A stretch of 64,000 nt of DNA from an uncultured Candidatus Micrarchaeota archaeon (GCA_963760615.1 CAVXDX010000003.1:1-64000), one strand, 5' to 3'. Shown: positions 41,309 to 50,488, counted from the first letter of the stretch. Notes: generated by a model from the sequence alone, not told the origin. Translations and numbers: made by a program.

Positions 41309-43006
41309 ATGGGTGGAAAATTGGACGCTGAGAAGGTTGCATACAAATACGCGCTGAAGAATGCCTGCGAGTACGGCAGAGCCCAGCCCGGGGCAGTTGT
41401 GGGTAAGGTTATAGCTGAAGTCCCAGATGCAAAAAAGGACATGAAGGGCACAATGCAGCTCATAACAAATGTTGTCGAGAAAGTCAACAAAATGAAGAAG
41501 GAGCAGGTTGAGAAGGAGCTTTCCAAATTTACTTTTGAGGAGAAGAGGGAAGAGGAGAGAAAAATCACTCTTGAGGATGGAGAGAAGGGCAGGGTTGTCA
41601 CAAGATTCCTGCCCGAGCCGAACGGCTTCCTGCACCTGGGGCATGCCAAGGCTGCATTACTCTCATACGAGGCTGCCAGAGAATATGAAGGGAAATGCCT
41701 TCTGCGCTTCGATGACACAAATCCTGAGAAGGAGAGAGCAGAGTTTGTCAGCTCGATAAAAGAGGATTTGGGATGGCTTGGGATGAAGTTTGAGAAAGAG
41801 ATATACTCATCTGACAAGATGCCTGAGTTCTATAAATTTGCAAGGCAGCTCATCATGCAAGGAGATGCCTACATCTGCAACTGCGAGAAGGAGAAGGTGA
41901 ACGAGCTCAGGGCGAATGGCAAGGCGTGCGAGTGCAGGTCCAACGCAATTGAGAGCAGTCTGGATGCATGGGATGACATGCTTGCAGGCAAATGCAAGAA
42001 AGGGGATGCCATACTCAGGCTGATGGCAGAGCCTGATGCAGCCAATACAGTGATGCGCGACCCCACTCTTTTCAGAATAAACACCGCAGAGCACTACAGG
42101 CAGGGTAGGAAATATACTGTCTGGCCTACCTATGATTTTGAGGTGAGTATTGCAGACTCGCTTGATGGAGTGACGCATGCTTTGAGGAGCAAGGAGTATG
42201 AGCTGAGGGATGAGCTGTACTACAGGATAATAGAGAAGCTGGGGTTGAGGAAGCCCATTGTCTACGATTTCTCAAGGCTCACCCTGAAAGGCTTTCCTCT
42301 GAGCAAGAGGCTTCTGAAGCCTCTGATTGACGAGAAGAAAGTTTCTGGGTGGGATGACCCCAGAATGCCAACCATACAGGGTTTGAAGAGAAGAGGAATT
42401 CTGCCGGATGCAATAAGGAATTTCGTCCTCAGCTTTGGCTTGAGCAAGGTGGAGAGCGAGCCATCAATAGATGCGCTGCTCACCGAGAACAGGAAGCTGC
42501 TTGACCCGAAAGCTGCAAGGTATTTCTTTGTTGCCGAGCCTGTCGAACTTGTGGTTGATGGCGTGCCGAAAGGCGAGGTAAGGCTTAAAAAACACCCAAC
42601 TGAAAACCTCGGGGATAGGACTCTTGAAATAACCGGTAAGTTCTTCATAAGCAAATCCGATGCAGAGAAGCTGAAGAAGGGGGACAGCTTCCGACTGCTG
42701 GATTTTTGCAACGTCAAGCTCCTTGAGAAAGGTAAAATGCTCAAGGCTCAATTCACTGGCAACGAGGGCATGGAGGAGAAGAAGCTGCAGTGGGTGACAG
42801 ACAAACACGTTAAGGCGGAAGTGCTTGTTCCCTCGGAGCTGTTTATAAATGAAAAATTCAACAAGGAAAGCCTGAGAGTTGATGAGGGCTACTGTGAATC
42901 CGAATGCAAGAATCTGAAAAAAGGAGACATCATCCAGTTTGTCCGCTATGGCTTCTGCATACTTGACGATGAAAAAAAGATGCATTTCATCCTGACAAGC
43001 CAATGA
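41309..43006 (+). CDS. gltX: Glutamate--tRNA ligase (archaeal type)
   Basis: Archaeal N-terminal domain, RFLPEPNGFLHLGH, RFDDTNP, MRDP, WPTYDF, LSKR, GWDDPR. Confidence 0.95.
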   Translation: MGGKLDAEKVAYKYALKNACEYGRAQPGAVVGKVIAEVPDAKKDMKGTMQLITNVVEKVNKMKKEQVEKELSKFTFEEKREEERKITLEDGEKGRVVTRFLPEPNGFLHLGHAKAALLSYEAAREYEGKCLLRFDDTNPEKERAEFVSSIKEDLGWLGMKFEKEIYSSDKMPEFYKFARQLIMQGDAYICNCEKEKVNELRANGKACECRSNAIESSLDAWDDMLAGKCKKGDAILRLMAEPDAANTVMRDPTLFRINTAEHYRQGRKYTVWPTYDFEVSIADSLDGVTHALRSKEYELRDELYYRIIEKLGLRKPIVYDFSRLTLKGFPLSKRLLKPLIDEKKVSGWDDPRMPTIQGLKRRGILPDAIRNFVLSFGLSKVESEPSIDALLTENRKLLDPKAARYFFVAEPVELVVDGVPKGEVRLKKHPTENLGDRTLEITGKFFISKSDAEKLKKGDSFRLLDFCNVKLLEKGKMLKAQFTGNEGMEEKKLQWVTDKHVKAEVLVPSELFINEKFNKESLRVDEGYCESECKNLKKGDIIQFVRYGFCILDDEKKMHFILTSQ

Positions 43007-43054
43007 ACCGATATATTCTAATACTCGGAACGGCATATTCTTTTGGTGGTTTTA

Positions 43055-45706
43055 ATGAACAAACTTGCTCTGCTGCTGGCAATTTTATTTGTCATCAACA
43101 TTGTCTCTGCCCTGCCCAACCCTGCTGCTGTTTACTGCACGCAGATGGGCTACACCTACAACATCATAAAAACACCCAAAGGTGAAAGTGGCCAGTGTGC
43201 GTTTCCTGATAACAGCAAGTGCGATGAGTGGGACTTCTTCAAGGGAAAGTGCGGAAATACTTACTCCTACTGCGTTAAAAACGGGTATGACATCAAAACA
43301 ATGAGTGATGGAAATAATTCTTATTCTCCTGAATATGCTGTCTGTGTTCCTAAAAAAAAGGGACAGGTGCAAATATCTGTTACTGATGTTTTAAAAAATA
43401 CAATGAATATCCGCGAAAATCTAACTATCAATGCTTCTGAAAATAAAACAATCTCCGTTAACAATCTAGTACCCAACACTGGTGGTGGAGGTATAAAAAT
43501 AAATATGATTACTTCTACAGGAACAGAAATATTTCAATCAGCCACTGGAATAGAAACTTGCTCAGACGCCTTTGAAGGCCAAACAATAACGCTTGCTTGC
43601 AGAAACGGTTATGTCATCACAAGAGTTTGGTACACACTATATCTTATCAATGAGAGCAGTACTACCTGCAACTACCCCTTTGCATCGAATCATGAGGATG
43701 GTTATGCGGATGGAAATGACTATCTAATTATAGGACATCAGAGGTCATGCACATATAATTATAATAGTAATTGTGTAGGCAGAAACTCATGCTCATTTAC
43801 AGCTAGCAATACCAATTGTGGCGGAGATCCGGACCCTAACAAGCCAAAAAGATTAGTTGCTATTTATGAATGTAGCTCTTCTCTTCTTCCTTCTACATTT
43901 GACTGGAGAAATGTCAATGCTTCCAACTGGATGACTCCTGTTAAAGATCAAGGAAAATGCGGGAGCTGTTGGGCATTTGCCGCTGTGGGAGCTGTGGAAG
44001 CACAGAAAAAAATAGAATATAACACTCCTACTACCAATTCAGACTTGTCTGAACAAGATCTTGTTTCTTGTAGCGGTCCCTATATTGGTGATTGTAACGG
44101 CGGATTTCCAGAATATGCATTAGATTATATGGAAGGACCTGGTGTGGTAGATGAGGCTTGTTTTCCTTATACTGGATGTAAAAACTATACATACGACAAT
44201 TCTACAAAATATTATAACTGTAATGAGGAATACGCCTGTGCCAGATGCTCTGGCTGGCAAAACAAACTGCAAAAAATTGGCGGATATAATGCTAGTCCAT
44301 ATCCTTATTATGTTGTTATTTCTGAAAATGACCCTAACATTAATTATACTTACAAAGGAATAGTACTCTTTTCTCCGAATCCAGAAAAGTATATATCAGA
44401 AAACGGCCCTGTGTTAGCATTAATTGATATGAGGAGTGGTCATTTTGTTAACGGAGTTTATACCGGGTGCGATTATAGCGGTTATGATCATGCAGTAGTG
44501 CTTGTAGGCTATAACCGTACAGGCAATTACTGGATAGCAAAAAACAGCTGGGGCAGCACTTGGAATGGTGATGGCTACTTTAAAATAGATTATAACGCCC
44601 AGGGTTCTTGCTGGCTCTTCCCGGTTTTTAATATTTATGCAAAACCTGATACTTGTGTAGACACTAATCCATACGCAAACACTCCAGGGTGGAGTGCGAC
44701 ACTAGTAAAGTCAAATATAAGTGGATTGCTGCATGAAGCTCCATATTTCTATTCTGATTACTGTCTTAATTCTACAACTGTAATAGATTATTGGTGTAAT
44801 TGGTACGCTTATGTGTTTTTCCCCGGACAACTTTCTATTGGCACGTCGACTTATGATTGTACATATCTTGGTTCCTTTTCTTGTTCAGATGGAGCATGCA
44901 GACCGCAACCTGCGGCAGCTCTCAAAGGAGGCCCAAATGGTCAGCTATACGTTCCAAACTTGACCGCCGGCCTAGCTCCCTATGAGTACCTTTCATACAA
45001 CTATTATCTCAAGGTAGATTTATGGTGCAACATGAGCGATACAAACTGCCAATCCGGGAAATGCGGTTGCACCCGTATGTGGTGCGACCAGGCAGGAGGT
45101 AAAAGCCCCTACCCAACAATAAAATTCTGGCCTGATGGGAACGTGGATGGGACAGACAGCATCCTCATAAACCGCAAGTTTGGAACATGGGAGGGAAGCA
45201 CAGGATGGGATTACATGGCAGACTGCGTTCTGGACAGGAATGTTGACGGAACGGATGGTATCACGGCAGCCAGAAATTTCGGGCAGGGTCCATTCAACTA
45301 TTCAACTGATTTGGCAAACATCAACGTATTATTCGATACTGGCGATGTCGGCTACCCGGATGCAAATGGCTACATAAAAATTCCTTCAGAATCAATGAAT
45401 TTAGGCCTAGCAGAGAACTTCACTGTCTACAACGGCTCCAAGCCTGTAATGGCGCTGGTGACATTCTACAACAGCTCAATCTTATACCAACTCGCACCTG
45501 CAACCAAACCAAGCACTCAAGTCCAGACAACAGCTCTTATGGCACCAACCGTTGAGATGCCGGTAGGAAACACATGGACGATGGCAGTGGTTCTCATAGC
45601 AATAATAGGCTTGGTAATTGGCTACTTCGTTGTAAGGGAAGCAATGTTCTCAACTGCAACAAGAAAATCAAAGAAGAAGCAGCTTAACAATCGGCCAAGA
45701 CCATAA
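43055..45706 (+). CDS. Surface papain-family (C1A) cysteine protease: SP-2xDUF333-SUEL-like lectin-C1A-dockerin-like-TM anchor
   Basis: PNPAAVYC..MGY (DUF333); CVGRNSC.F.A.N...GGDP.P..PKRL...YEC (SUEL lectin); FDWR, QGKCGSCWAF, DHAVVLVGY, KNSWG (Cys-His-Asn triad); two DxNVDGTD repeats. Confidence 0.88.
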   Translation: MNKLALLLAILFVINIVSALPNPAAVYCTQMGYTYNIIKTPKGESGQCAFPDNSKCDEWDFFKGKCGNTYSYCVKNGYDIKTMSDGNNSYSPEYAVCVPKKKGQVQISVTDVLKNTMNIRENLTINASENKTISVNNLVPNTGGGGIKINMITSTGTEIFQSATGIETCSDAFEGQTITLACRNGYVITRVWYTLYLINESSTTCNYPFASNHEDGYADGNDYLIIGHQRSCTYNYNSNCVGRNSCSFTASNTNCGGDPDPNKPKRLVAIYECSSSLLPSTFDWRNVNASNWMTPVKDQGKCGSCWAFAAVGAVEAQKKIEYNTPTTNSDLSEQDLVSCSGPYIGDCNGGFPEYALDYMEGPGVVDEACFPYTGCKNYTYDNSTKYYNCNEEYACARCSGWQNKLQKIGGYNASPYPYYVVISENDPNINYTYKGIVLFSPNPEKYISENGPVLALIDMRSGHFVNGVYTGCDYSGYDHAVVLVGYNRTGNYWIAKNSWGSTWNGDGYFKIDYNAQGSCWLFPVFNIYAKPDTCVDTNPYANTPGWSATLVKSNISGLLHEAPYFYSDYCLNSTTVIDYWCNWYAYVFFPGQLSIGTSTYDCTYLGSFSCSDGACRPQPAAALKGGPNGQLYVPNLTAGLAPYEYLSYNYYLKVDLWCNMSDTNCQSGKCGCTRMWCDQAGGKSPYPTIKFWPDGNVDGTDSILINRKFGTWEGSTGWDYMADCVLDRNVDGTDGITAARNFGQGPFNYSTDLANINVLFDTGDVGYPDANGYIKIPSESMNLGLAENFTVYNGSKPVMALVTFYNSSILYQLAPATKPSTQVQTTALMAPTVEMPVGNTWTMAVVLIAIIGLVIGYFVVREAMFSTATRKSKKKQLNNRPRP

Positions 45707-45717
45707 GCCTTTGCTGC

Positions 45718-48156
45718 TCACCCTACCTTCTCCCTGCTTGCCTTACCAGAGAGCTCAAGCTCAACCTGTAAAGAGCCTTCCTTGCTTGCAGTAACCTTTC
45801 TCTGTTCACTCCTAAACCCCTTCTTTGAAACCTTGAGCTCGTACTCCTCTCCATCCATTGCATCAACATAGGCATTTCCAGCAATACCCGGCTCAAGCTT
45901 GCCGCTTACATAATTAATGCCATCCAGTGTCTCGCCAAAGCTCAGAGTAGTGCCGCAGAGCAACAGCTCCACATTTGCATTGGGAATTCCTCTTCCATCC
46001 TCCTTTGAAATCACCCTCACCTTCAACTTCACCTTACCCGGCATTGAAATTCCACTCTTTACCATGTACCTCTCAACCCTCTTCTCTATCTCCTTTTCGC
46101 TCAGGTTCTCATCCTCGTGATGGATGGTTTTTATAAAGAACGGGCCAACCTCAATCCTCTCGCCTTTCTCAATATGCACTGTTCTGCACGCAGCGACACC
46201 TGTGGGAAGAGAGAGTAGCTTGGCAGATGCGCCCATCCACAACTTCTCCTCACTTGGGTTGAACTTCAAGTCCTTCAATGCACTTTCAAGGGATTCTGAA
46301 TCCTGCTTGAAGTAGAAATGCGTTTGGGCGTGCCTCCTCACAACCTCGCTGAGCTGATCCGCAAAATGTGTTATGAGCATCATTCCCACTCCTCTCTTGC
46401 CAAACATGCCCAGCTTCCTCTCCAAATCTGCAGTTGCTGTTGCCTCAATATTCACTCCTTCCCTGCCCTGCCTCCTGAATATCATGTGCGCCTCCTCAAG
46501 GACAAGCAGGAAGCGCAGCTCCTTGTCGCCTTTCTCATCAAAGTTGCTCAGTACATAGCTGTACACCTGAGCAAGGATGAATGCATATAACAAAGCTCTC
46601 TCAAGCTCGCTGCAGCCGCTCAGGTCAAAAACAGCACCGTCTCTTATACAATCCTCAACTCTTATCCCTTCCTTCACTCGGAACTGCTCCTTGAGCATTA
46701 TCTGCCTGAGGTTCTCCAGAGAGGCACGGATGTTCTGCCCGAACTTTCCGAAGCTCTTTCCCTCCTCATTGGAGTAGAACTCCACAATAGAGGAGTGCAC
46801 TCCATCATAGATGTCAGTTATGCCTGGCTCTTTATTCCTTGCGTATAGTGAGGTGAATGAATTGAGCATGACATTCCTTATGGGGTTGGTGTAAGGGCCT
46901 GCTCCCATCGCATTTGCAAGCAGCAGCGCAAGGTTCTGGTAGAACTGCTCCTTTCTCACTCCACGAGGACACCTCACTAAGTTGAAGGGCACCCTCTCCG
47001 AAAGTTTTACCACAAGCATCTCCTTTCTTGCTCTGGCAAGCGAGGACCACTCGGAGCTTGGCGAGAAGACAATCACCCCAGCTCCTTCGCTTGCGGCATG
47101 CCTTGCGATGTTCTTGGCAAGAAGAGTCTTGCCCATTCTCTGCTGCCCAACAATCAGCATGTTGGTGTTATAGCTCATCTTATCTAGGTACAGTTTTCTA
47201 TGCTTCTTCACCCCTTTCAGAAGCTCCTCCCCCACTTCGATGCTTGCTCCTCCCCCTGAGAGGAACTCCCTGGGAACCTCGCCTATGTCAAGGGCTGTTT
47301 CCTCCCTAGCAAACTCCGGAGCAAAATTAACAAATAGAGAGGCATACTCGCCGCTCAGTATCTCCCCTCCTGCAACTGGCATGCAGCTCTTGAGCTCATC
47401 ACTTGCCTTGACCCTTTCGTAAATGCCCCAGTACTTCCCCCTCAGATGCTGCCTGAGGAGCTCCGCCTTCTCCCCCCACCCAATAAGGCTAACGCTGTAT
47501 ACCGCATCGCTGTGCAGCAATGCATTATTACACATGGCGAGCAGCTCTGCTGCAACCATGGCAACATCTGTTTCCTCATAGTTGGTCCTCTCGCTGAAAT
47601 GACTGCGCTGCATCCCCTCATAGCCCTGGAGTGAAACGCCTTCCCTGCTGACAGGAGTCAGTTTGCTGAGCTCCTTCTCCCACTGTCTCTTCACCTCGTT
47701 AAGTGCCTCCCTCTTCTCTGGGACAAAGGAGACGAGCATGTAGCAGTCGCTATCCCTGAAAGCCATAGGCAGGTCAGCAAGCAGGCTCTTCTCCGCCTTC
47801 ATTGGATCCTCTCTGTGCGTTGCGAATGGCTCATGGACTGTTGCCGTCTGCTTGAATGGAATTCCGTCATAGCGGAAGGAATTCTTGAACTCGCCAAAGG
47901 TTACTCCATCCTCCAACTTTCTGAACTCCAAGCCTGCCACGCTCGCAGCTATGGACTCAACAAGCCCTTCAGGGAAATCAACTGTTATAAGCAACAGTCT
48001 CATTTTTTTGAAATCATAGAGAATTGAGAAAGCCAGCCCCTTCAGCTTCTTAATAAAAAGTGAGTGGTTGTCAAACTCCTCGCTGGGTATGCTTTTGAGT
48101 TCCCACACCTCGCACTTGCTGCCCCTCCTTAATAAAAAGCCCAATCTCCCAAACAC
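45718..48156 (-). CDS. HerA/VirB4-like ATPase with C-terminal carboxypeptidase-regulatory/PEGA-like beta domain (812 aa)
   Basis: Walker A GQQRMGKT, Walker B LLVLEEAH; C-terminus DGRGIPNANVEL...YELKVSKKGFRS. Confidence 0.8.
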   Translation of the reverse strand: MFGRLGFLLRRGSKCEVWELKSIPSEEFDNHSLFIKKLKGLAFSILYDFKKMRLLLITVDFPEGLVESIAASVAGLEFRKLEDGVTFGEFKNSFRYDGIPFKQTATVHEPFATHREDPMKAEKSLLADLPMAFRDSDCYMLVSFVPEKREALNEVKRQWEKELSKLTPVSREGVSLQGYEGMQRSHFSERTNYEETDVAMVAAELLAMCNNALLHSDAVYSVSLIGWGEKAELLRQHLRGKYWGIYERVKASDELKSCMPVAGGEILSGEYASLFVNFAPEFAREETALDIGEVPREFLSGGGASIEVGEELLKGVKKHRKLYLDKMSYNTNMLIVGQQRMGKTLLAKNIARHAASEGAGVIVFSPSSEWSSLARARKEMLVVKLSERVPFNLVRCPRGVRKEQFYQNLALLLANAMGAGPYTNPIRNVMLNSFTSLYARNKEPGITDIYDGVHSSIVEFYSNEEGKSFGKFGQNIRASLENLRQIMLKEQFRVKEGIRVEDCIRDGAVFDLSGCSELERALLYAFILAQVYSYVLSNFDEKGDKELRFLLVLEEAHMIFRRQGREGVNIEATATADLERKLGMFGKRGVGMMLITHFADQLSEVVRRHAQTHFYFKQDSESLESALKDLKFNPSEEKLWMGASAKLLSLPTGVAACRTVHIEKGERIEVGPFFIKTIHHEDENLSEKEIEKRVERYMVKSGISMPGKVKLKVRVISKEDGRGIPNANVELLLCGTTLSFGETLDGINYVSGKLEPGIAGNAYVDAMDGEEYELKVSKKGFRSEQRKVTASKEGSLQVELELSGKASREKVG

Positions 48157-48263
48157 AGCTCCACCACCCAGTAAATATTTAGGAAAAAGGATATTTAATT
48201 ATGTCTGTCCAGAACCAGCCGTGCTATCTCTTCCTGCCTTATACAACATCAGCTTTACATATA

Positions 48264-48962
48264 CTATTTTGTTATGTAAAGCTTCCCATCCTTCACTTCA
48301 AGGGCAACCTCATCCCCTTTCTCAAGCTTTCCCCTCATGCTCTCGGGTATACGGATCCAAAAGCGAGCCCCACCCTCTCTCTCAAATTTCGTAATTTTTG
48401 CGATATTGCGCGTCCCTCCCACTTCCAGCCAGAGTGATTTATTGAGCCCGTCATCCTCGAATGTCCAGAACCCATACTGCCCCGGCTCAAGATGCGCTTT
48501 CTCAGTTATTTCTGCTGGAATCTTGGTCCCTGCCACGATACCTCTTTCGCCAATCCACTGGATTTTCCTTGCGTACGGCCCAGCCCCCTCGGATTTCCTG
48601 ACTGACAGCCGCCCTCCCTCCTCCTCCTTCCACCGCGCATAGTCGCCAACCTTCAGCCCGCCGGCAAGCAACATATTCGCGGGAATCCCAACTATCAACG
48701 AAGCATATTGTGGTGAGGTACGGCTAAGCCGAATTTTCATCGGCATTTCTGTTTCCTTGAGAGGAGCCAGCGTCAAAGAGTTCCCCTCCCAGTTAAGCTT
48801 GCATGACATTCCGCCTTCCAACCCCATAAAACTGGCTATCCTTACGGGAATAGTTATGGACCACTCATCTGTGATTTTCCCAAAATGAGATTCTTCACCC
48901 ATCATGCGCCTGAAGAACTCCCACCCTCTATCCCCCATCTCGCCCTCAAGCGTCTTATGCAT
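48264..48962 (-). CDS. Protein with four tandem AbrB/MazE/SpoVT-like repeats
   Basis: ITIPVRIASFMGL, VGIPANMLLAGGLKVGD, TKIPAEITEKAHLEPG, IRIPESMRGKLEKGD. Confidence 0.7.
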   Translation of the reverse strand: MHKTLEGEMGDRGWEFFRRMMGEESHFGKITDEWSITIPVRIASFMGLEGGMSCKLNWEGNSLTLAPLKETEMPMKIRLSRTSPQYASLIVGIPANMLLAGGLKVGDYARWKEEEGGRLSVRKSEGAGPYARKIQWIGERGIVAGTKIPAEITEKAHLEPGQYGFWTFEDDGLNKSLWLEVGGTRNIAKITKFEREGGARFWIRIPESMRGKLEKGDEVALEVKDGKLYITK

Positions 48963-49010
48963 ACTTAAATTAGCTCATTTTCAATATTTAAGCTTGCTTT
49001 GACTCGAGAG

Positions 49011-49592
49011 CTACTTCCCCAGGAGCTTTGATACTTTCCTCCTCACCCACTCGGGGCATCTTTTCAGATATCGGCCCATCTTCTCCTCATCCATCCTCCT
49101 CTTAATTTCCCTGAGGGTTGACTCATCAAGCGGCTCATTGAAATACGCGAAGTCCACCAGCGTCTTCTCGACATCGGAAACCGATATCCATACATCATGA
49201 TACCTGATGCTCTCAAACCCGAAGAACATGCCTCTTCCTATCCTCCTGACAAGAACATTGCCGCCGAGCATCGTTCTCATCCCGCTCCGCACCCTCCGAG
49301 GGGTTATGATTATGGTGTTCGTCTCCTGCTCCCATAGGTTATGCAGGGAGAGCGCATCCTGCAGCCCGTGATAGGAGGGAGAAAATGCAAAGCCAGCGAG
49401 CATCGGGTCCTCCCTGAAGGTGTAGACTCCTCTCTTCAATTTCTTTATTCTCCCGCTCCTGAGCAGGTTCGTTATGAGCATGTAGACATATCCCTGGCTG
49501 GCGCCGCGCGCTGTCAGGAAAAGCCTCGCATCGGAAATCGTGAATACCGGAAAGGAGGAGAAATGTTCAATGAGATTTTTCATGTATTTCAT
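49011..49592 (-). CDS. Type IV TA antitoxin, AbiEi-like
   Basis: N-terminal wHTH (VFTISD...GRIKKLKRGVY), SYHGLQDALSLHNL, SDVEKTLVD. Confidence 0.85.
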   Translation of the reverse strand: MKYMKNLIEHFSSFPVFTISDARLFLTARGASQGYVYMLITNLLRSGRIKKLKRGVYTFREDPMLAGFAFSPSYHGLQDALSLHNLWEQETNTIIITPRRVRSGMRTMLGGNVLVRRIGRGMFFGFESIRYHDVWISVSDVEKTLVDFAYFNEPLDESTLREIKRRMDEEKMGRYLKRCPEWVRRKVSKLLGK

Positions 49593-50230
49593 TGGGAAAA
49601 CCTCGAGGAAAGAACTTCGACCATCTGCCTGAATGAGGGCGCAACCCCACTGTATACGACTGCTCTGAGGTTCTTCTCGTCAAGAGGCGGCGTCATTCTC
49701 TGCAGGAATTCCCTCATGCCCAGCACATTTGCAGCATGCCTGCTCAGGTGGTATATGTCGTAAATGTCCCTGATAAGCCTCCTCCCCCTGTAGGCTGCCA
49801 TCTTCTCTTCAATGAGGGCTTCAGGGGAGAGTGTGTAAATATCCATTCTGCTCCCGTCGACCTTCTCGTACTCGCCAACAACTTTTTCAACTCTCTTTCT
49901 GATGTTTATCTCAAGCCTGACCTCAACCGAGCCGTTTGAAACCTTTGTGAAGACCAGGTTTGCAGTCTGCTTGTATTTTGTCACCTCAAGGCTTCTTGCT
50001 GCTGCTTCCCTTAAGAACAGCTCCCTGAAACCCTTCCCTGTATTTGCATAGAAATCCAAATCCTCCGAGAACCTGTTCCCCTGGTAGCACCTCCAGATTG
50101 CGGTTCCGCCATGGAGCACCGGCTTTTCCTGCTGGAATGCGCCGTACAGCATCTCCACCAGCTCATCCTGCAGCAGGGCGACCTCCCGGTGGGTTCTCTT
50201 CCTGAGCCTTTTCGAGAGCGGTATTTCCAT
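49589..50230 (-). CDS. Type IV TA toxin, AbiEii-like nucleotidyltransferase
   Basis: LHGGTAI...RFSEDLDF, EKMAA..R...RD.YD; 4-nt overlap with the antitoxin gene. Confidence 0.88.
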   Translation of the reverse strand: MEIPLSKRLRKRTHREVALLQDELVEMLYGAFQQEKPVLHGGTAIWRCYQGNRFSEDLDFYANTGKGFRELFLREAAARSLEVTKYKQTANLVFTKVSNGSVEVRLEINIRKRVEKVVGEYEKVDGSRMDIYTLSPEALIEEKMAAYRGRRLIRDIYDIYHLSRHAANVLGMREFLQRMTPPLDEKNLRAVVYSGVAPSFRQMVEVLSSRFSQ

Positions 50231-50249
50231 GTTTTATATTAATGAACGT

Positions 50250-50271
50250 AACATATAAAAAAGTATATGTT
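50250..50271. promoter_or_regulatory. Perfect inverted repeat AACATATA-N6-TATATGTT over the AbiE promoter (putative operator)
   Basis: The palindrome overlaps a minus-strand TTTTATAT box ~22 nt before the toxin ATG. Confidence 0.6.
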
Positions 50272-50287
50272 TGGTTAATTATATGGG

Positions 50288-50392
50288 TTAATCACTACGC
50301 CAGGTCTTTGTAACCATAGTTACATACTCTCCAAAGCTGCGTTTCTGCTCCTCTGCTGGTTGCTCAACTGGTTTTTTCTGCTTTTCCGGCAT
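50288..50392 (-). CDS. Candidate 34-aa leaderless small protein (MPEKQKKPVEQPAEEQKRSFGEYVTMVTKTWRSD)
   Basis: TTTAAATA box 23 nt upstream of the ATG; fills the intergenic gap. Confidence 0.45.
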   Translation of the reverse strand: MPEKQKKPVEQPAEEQKRSFGEYVTMVTKTWRSD

Positions 50393-50488
50393 GGTTAAAT
50401 TATGCCTCTTTCGATATTTAAACCCTTAAGAAACCGAGTCTTTTCCATCTTGTAAACTTTTGGGAAAACTTTAATCAAAAACAACAGC

